From assembly GCA_050943375.1 (NCBI GenBank), contig JBMNPB010000001.1:102278-166277 (forward strand): a DNA stretch of 64,000 nt. The letters run 5' to 3'. Numbering within the stretch: the stretch's first letter is position 1; the number at the start of each line of letters is the position of its first letter. The notes below the pieces were generated by a model, which had not been told where the DNA came from, made no database searches, and worked only from the letters and a program-made list of their open reading frames with translations. Positions 46,364-56,628 of the stretch are shown here, piece after piece. The position numbers were made by a program, and so were the translations under genes. The DNA is from a bacterium. Its GTDB lineage: Bacteria; Bacillota; SLNR01; JBMNPB01.

Positions 46364-47110
46364 ATGAAGCGCGATACAGTAATATTCAAAGGAACGAAAG
46401 GCGGCCTGGTAATTATCTTGGACGGCAGTGAGGAGTTTGCCGTTCTGACCGCCAAATTACGGGAGAAACTGAAATCGGCTACGGCATTTTTCAAGGACGC
46501 CAGAGTAATTGTCAATATTGCGGCGCGCCCCTTTGATGACACGGAAATTAAAGCCTTGCAGGAAATCATCGGCGTTGAGTACGGCCTGAAGCTGCTGGAA
46601 ATTATTAACGAACCGGAAGCCAATGAAGAAACGGAAGACTTCGACCTGTTTTCCGACGGCAACGAAGTCTTTTTAATACCTGACGGCAGCTCCGTCGCCG
46701 GACCGGAGCGAACCCGCGGCGGCGAAAGCAGACTGCCGGAGCGGAAGCCGGAAGATAAAGAAGCGGGCGACAGCAATACTTTACTCGTCAAGCGGACACT
46801 ACGCTCCGGCCAGCACATTCGTTACGACGGAAGTGTAGCGGTGTTGGGTGACGTCAACCCGGGGGCTGAGGTCATCGCCAGCGGCGACATTGTCGTTTTG
46901 GGTTCATTCCGGGGGGTGGCTCATGCCGGGGCAACCGGCAACCCCAAGGCTATCGTCGCGGCCTTTCGTCTTAACCCAACCCAGCTGAGAATTGCGAATA
47001 TCATCACGCGGTCGCCGGACGGGGACAGCACTGGCCCTGCCACCCCGGAAATAGCCCGGGTCAAGGACGGCAAAGTTATAATCGAAGCTTTTTGGATGCA
47101 CGGCAACTGA
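46364..47110 (+). CDS. minC: septum site-determining protein MinC
   Basis: MinC N-domain (…VIFKGTKGGLVIIL…) and C-terminal beta-helix (…GDVNPGAEVIASGDIVVLG…). ATG 46364 with RBS aggagga. Confidence 0.85.
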   Translation: MKRDTVIFKGTKGGLVIILDGSEEFAVLTAKLREKLKSATAFFKDARVIVNIAARPFDDTEIKALQEIIGVEYGLKLLEIINEPEANEETEDFDLFSDGNEVFLIPDGSSVAGPERTRGGESRLPERKPEDKEAGDSNTLLVKRTLRSGQHIRYDGSVAVLGDVNPGAEVIASGDIVVLGSFRGVAHAGATGNPKAIVAAFRLNPTQLRIANIITRSPDGDSTGPATPEIARVKDGKVIIEAFWMHGN

Positions 47111-47169
47111 TACAGTGACAATGGCGGCCGGATTTGGGATTTTCAGTTACATCAAAGGAGGGAAATGAT

Positions 47170-47970
47170 TTGGGTACAGTCTATGTAATCACTTCGGGCA
47201 AAGGCGGGGTGGGAAAAACAACGACCGTTGCCAATCTGGGGACCGGACTCGCGGCTTTGGGCAAGAAAGTAGTGATGGTGGATACTGACATCGGATTGCG
47301 CAATTTGGATGTCGTGCTGGGTCTGGAGAACCGGATTGTCTATGATATTGTGGACGCGGTGGAGGGGACATGCCGTCTGAAGCAGGCGATGATCAAAGAC
47401 AAGCGCTTCGATGACAGTCTTTTTTTGCTGCCGGCGGCCCAAACCAGGGAAAAGAACGCGGTCAGCCCGGAGCAGATGCAGGAGATCTGCAATACGCTCA
47501 AAGAAGAGTTCGATTATATCCTGGTTGACTGCCCGGCCGGAATCGAGCAAGGATTCCGGAATGCGGTCGCCGGCGCGGAAGAAGCGATTATTGTTACGAA
47601 TCCGGAGGTTTCGGCCGTGCGGGATGCCGACCGGATTATCGGGTTGCTGGAAGCGGCGGAGCTCCACAATCCGAAGCTCCTGGTGAACCGCCTGCGGCCC
47701 CAGATGGTTAAGAAAGGCGATATGATGGATATCAATGACATGCTGGATATCCTGGCAATTGAACTCCTCGGCGTTGTCCCGGAAGACGACGCGATTGTAG
47801 TTTCGACTAACCGGGGCGAGCCGGCCGTTCTTGACCGTACTTCCAAAGCGGGGCAGGCTTACAGGAACGTCGTGCGGCGGATGGAAGGACAGAATGTGCC
47901 TTTCATGTCTATGGAGACGAGTTCGGGATTGATGAGCCGTCTGCGGAAGCTGATGGGCTTGGATAAATAA
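47170..47970 (+). CDS. minD: septum site-determining ATPase MinD
   Basis: Deviant Walker A GKGGVGKTT. TTG 47170 after RBS aaaggaggg. Confidence 0.9.
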   Translation: MGTVYVITSGKGGVGKTTTVANLGTGLAALGKKVVMVDTDIGLRNLDVVLGLENRIVYDIVDAVEGTCRLKQAMIKDKRFDDSLFLLPAAQTREKNAVSPEQMQEICNTLKEEFDYILVDCPAGIEQGFRNAVAGAEEAIIVTNPEVSAVRDADRIIGLLEAAELHNPKLLVNRLRPQMVKKGDMMDINDMLDILAIELLGVVPEDDAIVVSTNRGEPAVLDRTSKAGQAYRNVVRRMEGQNVPFMSMETSSGLMSRLRKLMGLDK

Positions 47971-47990
47971 ACGCAGAGGAGGCAGAAATT

Positions 47991-48275
47991 GTGTTTGATT
48001 TTATCGCCAGGCTGTTCGGCCGGGAAGAGAATAAAAGCAAGGATGTTGCCAAAGAAAGGCTGCGGCTTGTGCTGGTACATGACCGGTCGTCGGTGTCGCC
48101 GCAGTTTCTGGAGATGATCAAGGAGGAATTGATCCGGGTGATATCCGAATATATGGAGATTGATCAGCAGGCGCTGGATGTGCAACTATCCAGCGAGGAC
48201 AACTCTGTCGCCTTGATCGCGAATATCCCGGTCAAGAAAGTCAAAAGAGCGTATCAGTCGGGAGCGAAAGGATAA
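47991..48275 (+). CDS. minE: cell division topological specificity factor MinE
   Basis: 94 aa, N-terminal amphipathic MFDFIARLFG. GTG start after RBS agaggagg. Confidence 0.85.
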   Translation: MFDFIARLFGREENKSKDVAKERLRLVLVHDRSSVSPQFLEMIKEELIRVISEYMEIDQQALDVQLSSEDNSVALIANIPVKKVKRAYQSGAKG

Positions 48276-48406
48276 AACATATCCGAATTTGGCAGGAAGA
48301 CGGTTTGACCGTTTTCCTTTTGTTTTGTCTGGTAATATTCCCCGGGCTGGACGGTAAGTGTGTTTACGCGTATAATTAAAACAGCGGAGTATACGGAGGC
48401 GGAAGA

Positions 48407-49525
48407 ATGCCATTGCCACGGCGGTTGCTGAAAAACATTGATTATACCATGATTGTCGCGGTGCTGCTGCTCCTCGGGCTTGGCCTGCTCGCCATTGCCA
48501 GCGCCACCCAGGCGAATGCGGTCGGGAACGGCGGCACGGTCACTTACGTCAAAAAACAGGCGCTGGGCATCATTATCGGTCTGGTTGCGGCCGTTGTCGT
48601 TATGAGCATCGATTATAGTAATTACAGTCGTTTCGCCAATTATCTTTATTTCGGCAGTCTGGCAATGCTGCTCTTGGTTCTTTTGCCTGGCCTGGGGAAG
48701 GAAAATTTCGGGGCACAGCGTTGGTTCAGCATCGGTTCTTTCGAATTCCAGCCGTCTGAGTTTGCCAAGCTGGCCATTATTATCACTTTTGCTGATCTTT
48801 TAAGTAAAAAGAATGGGAAAATCGAAACCTGGCAGGAACTTTTGCCGTTGCTGGTGCACGTAGGAATCCCCCTTCTGTTGATACTGCGCCAGCCCGACTT
48901 GGGGACGACGCTGATTATTCTGGCGGCTGCCTTCGCAATGCTGTATGTTTCCGGCCTGAAAGCCAAGTTTCTGAACACAATACTGGGGGCGGGGCTCGCC
49001 ATTTCGCCGGTGCTGTGGCATTTGCTGAAGCCTTACCAAAAAAGACGACTGCTTGTTTTCATTAACCCGCAGGCGGATCCCCTTGGCGATGGTTATCATA
49101 TTATCCAGTCCAAAATTGCAATCGGCTCCGGTCAGCTGTTTGGAAAAGGACTGTTTGCCGGCACGCAGAATCAATTGAAATTTCTCCCGATTCGGCATAC
49201 CGACTTCATCTTTTCCGTGATCGGGGAAGAATTCGGTTTTATCGGCAGTATTGTCTTATTGGCTCTGCTCTGGGTCTTCCTGTGGCGGGGCACCCGGGTG
49301 GTCATGGAAGCGAAGGATACTTTCGGCAGTCTGATCGCCGTCGGGATTGTCGCGGCAATGGGTTTTCAGTCCTTTATCAATATCGGTATGACGATGGGGA
49401 TTATGCCGGTGACGGGCAAGACATTGCCTTTTGTCAGTTACGGCGGCACTTCCATCGTGGCCAATTTGCTGGCGCTGGGCGTCTTGCTCAGCGTCTATAT
49501 CCGGCGGCAGAAAATTATGTTCTGA
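48407..49525 (+). CDS. rodA: SEDS-family peptidoglycan glycosyltransferase RodA
   Basis: FtsW/RodA/SpoVE-family 10-TM protein (…RWFSIGSFEFQPSEFAKL…). Follows minCDE. Confidence 0.9.
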   Translation: MPLPRRLLKNIDYTMIVAVLLLLGLGLLAIASATQANAVGNGGTVTYVKKQALGIIIGLVAAVVVMSIDYSNYSRFANYLYFGSLAMLLLVLLPGLGKENFGAQRWFSIGSFEFQPSEFAKLAIIITFADLLSKKNGKIETWQELLPLLVHVGIPLLLILRQPDLGTTLIILAAAFAMLYVSGLKAKFLNTILGAGLAISPVLWHLLKPYQKRRLLVFINPQADPLGDGYHIIQSKIAIGSGQLFGKGLFAGTQNQLKFLPIRHTDFIFSVIGEEFGFIGSIVLLALLWVFLWRGTRVVMEAKDTFGSLIAVGIVAAMGFQSFINIGMTMGIMPVTGKTLPFVSYGGTSIVANLLALGVLLSVYIRRQKIMF

Positions 49526-49658
49526 GTCAGGCAGCGAAGAAATCGCTGCCTCCTTTTTCTCCCGCCGGGGCGCCGCGCCGGGCGGCGGCAATTGTAATAA
49601 TCCCCTGCCGCCGGCAATATACATAGACAAGGAGGTACTAAGCAGGGGGGAATCAGGC

Positions 49659-50429
49659 GTGAAGGCAAAGTTCTACCGGAAAAATTTCCGTCTGCCGCGG
49701 CGGCCGGAGTGGGGGAAGGCAAAATTCATTCCGATCCGGGAATGGGCCGGAGCGGAACCGACCCGGAAAGTTATTGTCTCGGCGCTTCTTCTTCTCTTCG
49801 TCGTTCTGGTCCAAAGAGCCGATTTTAGCGCGGCGCGGCGCCTCGAGGCTGGAATCCGTTATGTGATAACGGCCAGAATCGATTATGCGCCGGTGCTGCA
49901 ACGACTGCAATCAGTGGGCAGTTTAACTGACCGGCTGCGCTGGCCGCTGCTGCCCGCCGGCCCGGACATCGTGCCGGAGGATGCCGCTGCCGACCCGGCC
50001 GCGGGTGCGAGCCCGGCGGAATTGGAAGCCAGAGTCAGGGAGCGCGGGCTGACCGCGCCGCTGGCAGCGGAAGTGACTTCCGGTTACGGCCCCAGACTGC
50101 ATCCGGTCGATCTGGAAGAAAGGCTGCACACCGGAATTGATTTGGGTGCTGCGACCGGGGCGCCGGTTGCCGCCGCTTTGGATGGAATTGTGAGCGAAGT
50201 CAGTGAAGATGAAATATTGGGGAAGACGATCGTGATCAATCACGGTGACGGGATTGAAACAGTCTACGCTCATTGCTCGGAAACAACGGCCGGCGCCGGA
50301 CAATATGTCCGCAGCGGCGACACCATTGCCTATGTCGGTGAAACCGGACAGACGGATGGCCCGCATTTGCATTTTGAGGTCAGGGTGGACGGCACGCCCA
50401 TCGACCCGTCCCGGGTATTGGACGGCTGA
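49659..50429 (+). CDS. spoIVFA: SpoIVFA-like membrane-anchored M23 (LytM) peptidase
   Basis: N-terminal TM, C-terminal M23 domain with intact HxxxD (HTGIDLGA) and HxH (GPHLHFEV) motifs. Position between rodA/minCDE and spoIVFB is as in B. subtilis. GTG 49659 after RBS agcagggggg. Confidence 0.75.
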   Translation: MKAKFYRKNFRLPRRPEWGKAKFIPIREWAGAEPTRKVIVSALLLLFVVLVQRADFSAARRLEAGIRYVITARIDYAPVLQRLQSVGSLTDRLRWPLLPAGPDIVPEDAAADPAAGASPAELEARVRERGLTAPLAAEVTSGYGPRLHPVDLEERLHTGIDLGAATGAPVAAALDGIVSEVSEDEILGKTIVINHGDGIETVYAHCSETTAGAGQYVRSGDTIAYVGETGQTDGPHLHFEVRVDGTPIDPSRVLDG

Positions 50430-50465
50430 CTGTATTGGCGGCGGGGAGGAGATGTGGGTGACTAG

Positions 50466-51350
50466 ATGTATGCTGGCAAGATTGCCGGAATCCCTCTCCG
50501 GCTGAATATTTATTTCCTGCTCGCGGCAGCTCTTTATGCCATCTTGGGATTGCTGCCGGAAATGGCACTCGTCTTCGCCATTGTCTGTCTGCATGAAATA
50601 GGGCATATCCTTTGTGCACAAAGCAAAGGTATCAAAGTAAAAGAGATTGAATTGCTCCCGTTTGGCGGCGTGGCCAAGCTGGACAATTTTTTTTCCATCG
50701 ACCCGGGATGCGAGACGGCTCTGGCTCTGGCCGGGCCTCTTACCAATCTGATACTGGTCGCTTTCGTCCTTTTGCTGCGGATGCATCCTTTGTGGCGGTG
50801 GCCGTTTAGCGATCTCTTTATCCGCTGCAATCTGGCGATGGCCGCCTTCAATTTCCTGCCGGCTCTCCCACTGGACGGCGGGCGCATTTATCGGGCTCAG
50901 CTTTCCCGGAAAGCAGGTCACCGAGCCGCAACGGAAAAAACGGCCAGACTGGGGAAAGCTATTTCTGTTGCGCTGGTGCTGGCGGGGTTGTACACATTGT
51001 ACGCCGGTCTCTTCACCCCAAGCCTTTTTCTCCTTGCTTTTTTTCTGTTCAACGGAGCGGACCGGGAGCAGGGGATGGCCGTTTACATTTTCATGCGGAC
51101 CCTGGCGGCAAAGAAGGAAGAGCTTTCTCGCAGCGGAGTGCTGCCAGCCGAGCATCTGGCTGCTGAAGGCGATACTCCTGTCAAGCAGGTGCTGCGTTAT
51201 ATCCTGCCGCAGAAATATCATCTGATTGTTCTCCTAAATAAAAACGGCTCAGCCCGGACCGTTCTGACCGAGACCGAACTTTTGGACGGTCTTCTGGAAT
51301 ACGGGATTGATGTATCGGTGCAAACAGTGGCTGACTTGGTAAATAAATAA
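50466..51350 (+). CDS. spoIVFB: pro-sigmaK processing site-2 metalloprotease SpoIVFB (M50 family, CBS domain)
   Basis: HEIGH zinc motif in a TM helix, NFLPALPLDGG (LDG motif) and C-terminal CBS-like region. Confidence 0.85.
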   Translation: MYAGKIAGIPLRLNIYFLLAAALYAILGLLPEMALVFAIVCLHEIGHILCAQSKGIKVKEIELLPFGGVAKLDNFFSIDPGCETALALAGPLTNLILVAFVLLLRMHPLWRWPFSDLFIRCNLAMAAFNFLPALPLDGGRIYRAQLSRKAGHRAATEKTARLGKAISVALVLAGLYTLYAGLFTPSLFLLAFFLFNGADREQGMAVYIFMRTLAAKKEELSRSGVLPAEHLAAEGDTPVKQVLRYILPQKYHLIVLLNKNGSARTVLTETELLDGLLEYGIDVSVQTVADLVNK

Positions 51351-51476
51351 TATTCCGTCCGATTTGTGGAAGAATATTACCAGCAAGTAAAGCTTAGCTG
51401 CAAAGAGCTAAGCTTTTTGCAAGGATTTGTCCGGGGAAATGTAGAAATAGAAAACGGAGGAACGGGGGGCGCAGCG

Positions 51477-53360
51477 ATGATGACTGAAGAAAAATTGGCG
51501 GCAATTCTGGCGAAAGTGGAGAAGCCGGCGCGATATATCGGGACGGAATGGAATTCGGTGCACAAAGAGCACAGGCAAATGGCGATAAAATTTGCACTGG
51601 CGTTCCCGGATATTTATGAAGTGGGTATGTCGCATCTGGGATCGAAGATTCTTTATCATGAATTGAACCGCCGGAAGGATACGGCGGGGGAAAGAGTCTT
51701 TGCTCCCTGGGTGGACATGGAGGCGGCGATGCGCCGGGAAGGCATACCTCTCTATGCGTTGGAATCGCGGGTGCCAATCCGGGAATTTGATTTTGTCGGG
51801 TTTACCCTGCAGTACGAAATGAGCTATACGAATATCCTGAACATGCTGGATCTGGCGGGGATACCTTTGACCGCGGCGTCCAGAGGCCTTGACGATCCTT
51901 TCGTACTGGCGGGCGGGCCGTGCGCTTTTAACGTGGAACCTCTGGCCGATTTTTTTGATTTTGTTGTGCTCGGCGAAGGGGAAGTAGTTATCCATGCCGT
52001 CCTGGATGAGTATCTTGCTTGGAAAAACGACCCGGAAAGGACGCGGGCGGGACTGCTTGAGCGTCTGGCCCGAATTGACGGTGTCTATGTTCCTTCTTTT
52101 TACCAGTTGATGTACAATAGTGATGGTACAGTTCGTTCCGTCGCCCCGGCGGACGGAGACATCCCTTTGCCGGTCCGCAAAAGAGCAGTAGCCGACCTGG
52201 ATACTCTGGATTATCCGACCAAGCCGATTGTTCCTTTTCTGGAAATTGTCCATGACCGGGCGATGCTGGAAGTCTTTCGTGGTTGTTCGCGGGGCTGCCG
52301 TTTTTGCCAGGCGGGGATGATTTACCGCCCGGTGCGGGAGCGTTCCCGGGCCAGGCTGGAAGAGCAGGCACAAGCATTGATTTGCCAGACCGGCTACAAC
52401 GAAATTTCTCTTTCCTCATTGAACACGAGCGATTATTCCCAAGTCCAGGAATTGGTCGGGGCCTTGGTCGACCAGCACCGGGAGACGGGAGTCGGGGTAT
52501 CGTTGCCGTCTTCCCGCGTCGATTCTTTCTCGGTAGCCTTGTTGGAGAAAATCCAGCAAGTCAGAAAAACGGGCCTGACCCTCGCCCCGGAAGCCGGAAC
52601 GCAGCGTCTCCGCGATGTCATTAACAAGAATGTGACGGAGGAAGATTTTACGGCTGCTGTCACCGACGCTTTTCAGGCCGGCTGGAGCAGCCTGAAATTC
52701 TATTTTATGCTCGGTTTGCCGACGGAGACGGAAGCCGACCTGGATGGTATTGCCGAACTGGCCAAAAAGGCAATATCCTTGCACCGGGAAGTGACCCGGG
52801 CAGGCTCGGTCCGGCGCCGGGCGCCCCGGATTACGGTCAGCGTCGCTTCCTTCGTTCCGAAGCCGCACACGCCTTTCCAATGGGAGCCACAGATGACAGT
52901 GGAGGAATTGAAAGAGCGCCAACGCTATCTCGCCCGAGCGCTTCGGCACGGTAACATCGTTTACAATTGGCATGACGCGGAAGTCAGTTTTCTGGAGGCG
53001 GTCTTTTCCCGCGGCGATCGGCGACTTGGGGCGGTCCTTGTCGCAGCCTGGCGGGCGGGGTGCCGTTTCGACGGCTGGTCGGAGCATTTCCGGTACGAGA
53101 CATGGCTTAAGGCGTTCGCGGACTGCGGACTTGATCCGGCTTTCTATGCCAACCGGCGCCGCCCGTACACAGAAATCCTGCCGTGGGAGCATCTGGATGC
53201 GGGAGTCAGCAAGGATTATCTGATGAGCGAGCACCGGAAGGCGCTGCTGGGGCAGACGACGACGGACTGCCGGTTTGACCGGTGTCTCGACTGCGGCGTT
53301 TGCCCGGGGCTCGGAGTGGCCTTGGACGTGAAAGGCGGTGACCGCGGTGGAGCGCTTTAG
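51477..53360 (+). CDS. B12-binding-domain radical SAM protein (TIGR03960-like, function unknown)
   Basis: CxxxCxxC radical SAM motif (CSRGCRFCQAG) and an N-terminal B12-binding-like fold. Adjacent DUF2344 partner and rng are a conserved neighbourhood. ATG 51477. Confidence 0.8.
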   Translation: MMTEEKLAAILAKVEKPARYIGTEWNSVHKEHRQMAIKFALAFPDIYEVGMSHLGSKILYHELNRRKDTAGERVFAPWVDMEAAMRREGIPLYALESRVPIREFDFVGFTLQYEMSYTNILNMLDLAGIPLTAASRGLDDPFVLAGGPCAFNVEPLADFFDFVVLGEGEVVIHAVLDEYLAWKNDPERTRAGLLERLARIDGVYVPSFYQLMYNSDGTVRSVAPADGDIPLPVRKRAVADLDTLDYPTKPIVPFLEIVHDRAMLEVFRGCSRGCRFCQAGMIYRPVRERSRARLEEQAQALICQTGYNEISLSSLNTSDYSQVQELVGALVDQHRETGVGVSLPSSRVDSFSVALLEKIQQVRKTGLTLAPEAGTQRLRDVINKNVTEEDFTAAVTDAFQAGWSSLKFYFMLGLPTETEADLDGIAELAKKAISLHREVTRAGSVRRRAPRITVSVASFVPKPHTPFQWEPQMTVEELKERQRYLARALRHGNIVYNWHDAEVSFLEAVFSRGDRRLGAVLVAAWRAGCRFDGWSEHFRYETWLKAFADCGLDPAFYANRRRPYTEILPWEHLDAGVSKDYLMSEHRKALLGQTTTDCRFDRCLDCGVCPGLGVALDVKGGDRGGAL

Positions 53361-54048
53361 GGTTCAGTTCAGCAAGGAGGAAGCGGTCAAATATATTTCT
53401 CACCTCGACCTGATCCGGGTTTGGGAGCGGTCGCTGCGGCGGGCAAAAATGCCGGTTGCTTTCTCGGAAGGGTTCAACCCGCATCCGAAGCTGTCGCTGG
53501 CTTCCGCGCTACGGGTCGGGACGACGAGCGAAGCGGAGATTCTGGATATTGAGCTTTCCCGTCCGGTACCGGCCGCCGTTTTCGCTACAGCTGTACAGAA
53601 AGTGCTTCCGGAAGGAATCACAATCCGCGCCGTCAAAAACATCAGTTCATCGGCGCCGGCCGCTATGGCCGTCGCAAATCTCGCCGGCTACCGGATTGCG
53701 GCGGCGATGACGACGGGTTGCGCGGAAGAGGCAGTGCAGGCCGCGCTCGCCGCTTTTCTGGCCGCTACGGTGGTCATGACGGAAAGGATGACCAGCAAAG
53801 GGCGGAAAGAGATTAATATCCGTCCTCTGACGCCGCATCTCGCTTTGCTTGGTTTGGACGAGAATTATTTGTATCTGGCGGCCGATATGACCATGGGAAC
53901 GGCCGGAACCGGACGCCCGGAAGAAATCGTCCGGGTGCTGCGGGATGATTATGGGCTGCCGCTGGCGGCGGAAGGCCATATGATCCACCGCACCGGACTT
54001 TATCACCGGCGGGCGGATGGGACAAGGTTATCGCTGCTGGAAATCTAA
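53338..54048 (+). CDS. DUF2344 (TIGR03936-like) protein, partner of the upstream radical SAM protein
   Basis: 236 aa. Overlapping, likely translationally coupled GTG start. Conserved block …YISHLDLIRVWERSLRRA…. Confidence 0.75.
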   Translation: MTAVERFRVQFSKEEAVKYISHLDLIRVWERSLRRAKMPVAFSEGFNPHPKLSLASALRVGTTSEAEILDIELSRPVPAAVFATAVQKVLPEGITIRAVKNISSSAPAAMAVANLAGYRIAAAMTTGCAEEAVQAALAAFLAATVVMTERMTSKGRKEINIRPLTPHLALLGLDENYLYLAADMTMGTAGTGRPEEIVRVLRDDYGLPLAAEGHMIHRTGLYHRRADGTRLSLLEI

Positions 54049-54086
54049 TAGCTTCGGGCGGTGTTCGTTCCGGAGCAGGGAGTGAA

Positions 54087-55790
54087 TTGTTGTTGACAAA
54101 AGAAATAATTATGAATGCCGAAAATGACGAAACCCGGGTCGCCGTTTTGGAAGATGGGGTTCTCGTTGAGTTCTACATCGAAAGGCCGGTAGCCCACCGG
54201 CTGGCCGGCAATATTTATAAAGGGCGAGTGGAAAATGTCCTGCCGGGAATGCAGGCGGCTTTTGTGAATATCGGATTGGAAAAGAACGCTTTTTTATATG
54301 TGACAGACGCTATCGCCGCCCGCAGCAATGGGGAAGACGTAGAGATTTTCGGTGATAGTAAACGGTTGTCGATCAAGGATGTCCTGCGGCGGGGGCAGAA
54401 TATCACCGTTCAGATCACTAAAGATCCAATGGGGACAAAAGGCGCCCGGGTAACGACCCACATAACCCTGCCAGGCCGGTACCTTGTGCTGATGCCGACA
54501 GTCGACTATCTCGGAGTATCCCGGCGGATTGGGAACGACCGAGAGCGGGAACGACTGAAGAACCTGGCCGAGAAGCTGAAGCCGCGCCGGATGGGACTGA
54601 TTGTGAGGACGGTAGCGGAAGGGAAAGAAGAAGAAGAACTCCGGCACGATGTGAATTTCCTGACGAAACTGTGGAGCAAAATTCGGGGCAAAGGCCGCGG
54701 CGCGGGCGCCCCGGCCCTGCTGCACAAAGATCTGGGACTTATTGAGCGCGTCATTCGCGATATCCTGTCGCTGGATATCGACAATCTCATCATCGATTCT
54801 AAACATGAATACGAAAAGATTATTGATTATCTGGATATTATTTCCCCGGACCTGAAGGGGAAGGTGAAACTGTTTAATTACCGGGAAGGAGCTATTTTTG
54901 ACGTCTATGGAATCGAGGCAGAGATTGAGAAGGCTCTGAAGCGGAAAGTCTGGCTGAAGAGCGGTGGTTATCTCGTCATCGACCATACTGAGGCATTGAC
55001 GGTGATTGATGTCAATACCGGGAAGTTCGTGGGAAGCGAGAACCTCTCCGACACGGTATTGAAGACCAATCTGGAGGCGGCCGGCGAAATCGCCCGCCAA
55101 ATCAGGCTGCGCAACACTGGCGGCATTATTGTCATCGATTTTATTGATATGGAAATCTCCGAGCACCGGGAAAAAGTTGTCAAGGCGTTGGAAGAAGCGC
55201 TGAAAAAAGATCGGACGAAGGCCAATGTTCTGGGCCTCACCCAGCTTGGCCTGGTGGAAATGACGCGGAAAAAGATTTCTCAGGGGCTGGAGGATGTCCT
55301 GCAAAAGCAATGCCCTTATTGCGAAGGGAAAGGGCAGGTGCTTTCGGAGGAAACCATGAGCCGCAAAGTGGAGCGGGAAATCAAGAAGCTGCTCAAACAT
55401 TCGGTTATCGAGGCGATTTTGGTCGAAGTCCACCCAACCGTCGCCGCCCTGATTATCGGCTCCGGCGGCAGTCATCTGCGGGAACTGGAAAGAGCGACGG
55501 GCAAGCATATCTATATCCGCGGCTCGGCGGAGGCCAAGATTGAAGAAATTCGCATCTGTGTAGCCGGGACGAAAGAGGAAGTGGAAAGCAAAGCCCTGCC
55601 GGTCAAGGCGGGGCAAATCCTGGATGTGAAAATTGAGGAGCCCCATGTAGCTAACCCGTGGAATGGCATCGCCCGGCTGGAAGGCTATGTCATTGATGTT
55701 GAAGGGGCGGGAGAACTGATGGGAGAGAAGGTGCGGACGGAAATTACCCGGGTTTACCGGACATACGCGAAAGGAAAGCTCGTGAATTGA
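54087..55790 (+). CDS. rng: ribonuclease G/E-family endoribonuclease (Rng)
   Basis: S1 domain (…GNIYKGRVENVLPGMQAAFVNIG…), DNase-I-like and RNase E/G catalytic core, and a Zn-link CPxCxGxG (CPYCEGKG). Start ambiguous: TTG 54087 or ATG 54111. Confidence 0.85.
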   Translation: MLLTKEIIMNAENDETRVAVLEDGVLVEFYIERPVAHRLAGNIYKGRVENVLPGMQAAFVNIGLEKNAFLYVTDAIAARSNGEDVEIFGDSKRLSIKDVLRRGQNITVQITKDPMGTKGARVTTHITLPGRYLVLMPTVDYLGVSRRIGNDRERERLKNLAEKLKPRRMGLIVRTVAEGKEEEELRHDVNFLTKLWSKIRGKGRGAGAPALLHKDLGLIERVIRDILSLDIDNLIIDSKHEYEKIIDYLDIISPDLKGKVKLFNYREGAIFDVYGIEAEIEKALKRKVWLKSGGYLVIDHTEALTVIDVNTGKFVGSENLSDTVLKTNLEAAGEIARQIRLRNTGGIIVIDFIDMEISEHREKVVKALEEALKKDRTKANVLGLTQLGLVEMTRKKISQGLEDVLQKQCPYCEGKGQVLSEETMSRKVEREIKKLLKHSVIEAILVEVHPTVAALIIGSGGSHLRELERATGKHIYIRGSAEAKIEEIRICVAGTKEEVESKALPVKAGQILDVKIEEPHVANPWNGIARLEGYVIDVEGAGELMGEKVRTEITRVYRTYAKGKLVN

Positions 55791-55834
55791 CCGGCTGGCC
55801 GATACCAGATGCGTCGCCGTGGCAATGTGCACGA

Positions 55835-55863
55835 TTGACAAAAAAATGGAGTTATGTTAAAAT
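55835..55863 (+). promoter_or_regulatory. consensus sigmaA promoter (TTGACA-17-TAAAAT) of the rplU operon
   Basis: ttgaca 55835-55840 and taaaat 55858-55863. Confidence 0.6.
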
Positions 55864-55869
55864 TGAAGT

Positions 55870-55965
55870 CTGTTGACGGCATTAGCCGTCTCTGCCGCAC
55901 AAAGCAGGTTGTAAAATACTCCGGTATTACCTGATTTTGGCGAGTCTGAAGCAGGAGGTGCAGAG
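55870..55965 (+). promoter_or_regulatory. structured 5' leader of rplU-prp-rpmA (L21-leader-like)
   Basis: Hairpin gacggcattagccgtc and further pairing before RBS ggaggtg. Firmicute rplU operons carry a conserved autoregulatory leader. Confidence 0.45.
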
Positions 55966-56277
55966 ATGTACGCGATTATTGAAACCGGCGGCAAGCAATA
56001 CAAGGTTGCGGAAGGCGATAAAATCAAAGTGGAAAAATTGGCTGCCAATCCGGGTGAAACGGTTGTCCTGGACAGAGTCCTCCTTGTCAGCAAAGAGGAT
56101 GGAGTCGTGGCCGGAACTCCGGTCGTAGAGGGCGCCAAAGCGGTGGCGAAAGTGCTGGAGCAAGGCAAGAGTAAGAAGATTATTGTTTTTAAGTACAAAG
56201 CGAAAGCCAACTATCGCCGCAAACGTGGCCACCGTCAGCCGTATACCGAGCTGGCAATTGAAAAAATCGAGCTTTAG
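55966..56277 (+). CDS. rplU: 50S ribosomal protein L21
   Basis: [14 protein letters not shown]… canonical L21. Confidence 0.95.
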   Translation: MYAIIETGGKQYKVAEGDKIKVEKLAANPGETVVLDRVLLVSKEDGVVAGTPVVEGAKAVAKVLEQGKSKKIIVFKYKAKANYRRKRGHRQPYTELAIEKIEL

Positions 56278-56290
56278 ATAATCGGCCGCC

Positions 56291-56614
56291 ATGATTGAGA
56301 TAACAGTCGAGCGGGATGCCCAGGGAGAAATCAGTGCTTTCACCGTTACCGGCCATGCCGGTTTCGCTCCGCACGGCAGCGATATCGTATGTGCCGCCGT
56401 GTCCGTCCTGACGCAGACTGCGGTAATTGCGGTTAACCGGCTGGCTGCAATGGAACCGGCCGTACAAATGTCATCCGGCTTAATTACCTTTCGCTTGCCG
56501 AAAGGCAGAGCCGGGCCGGCAAAGGAAAAGGCGGACGTCATTCTGGCGGCGATGCTGATTGGCCTTAAGGAAGTCGCCGCTTCTTATCCGAACAGGGTCA
56601 AAGTGAAAGATTAA
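56291..56614 (+). CDS. prp: ribosomal-processing cysteine protease Prp (YsxB)
   Basis: 107 aa with Prp His/Cys dyad context (…[18 protein letters not shown]…). Sits between rplU and rpmA. Confidence 0.9.
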   Translation: MIEITVERDAQGEISAFTVTGHAGFAPHGSDIVCAAVSVLTQTAVIAVNRLAAMEPAVQMSSGLITFRLPKGRAGPAKEKADVILAAMLIGLKEVAASYPNRVKVKD

Positions 56615-56628
56615 AGGAGGTGGAGTCG

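Noticed and set aside
54294-55841. 515-aa ORF on the minus strand
   Set aside because: Antisense to rng, which has clear S1 and RNase E/G catalytic motifs on the plus strand.
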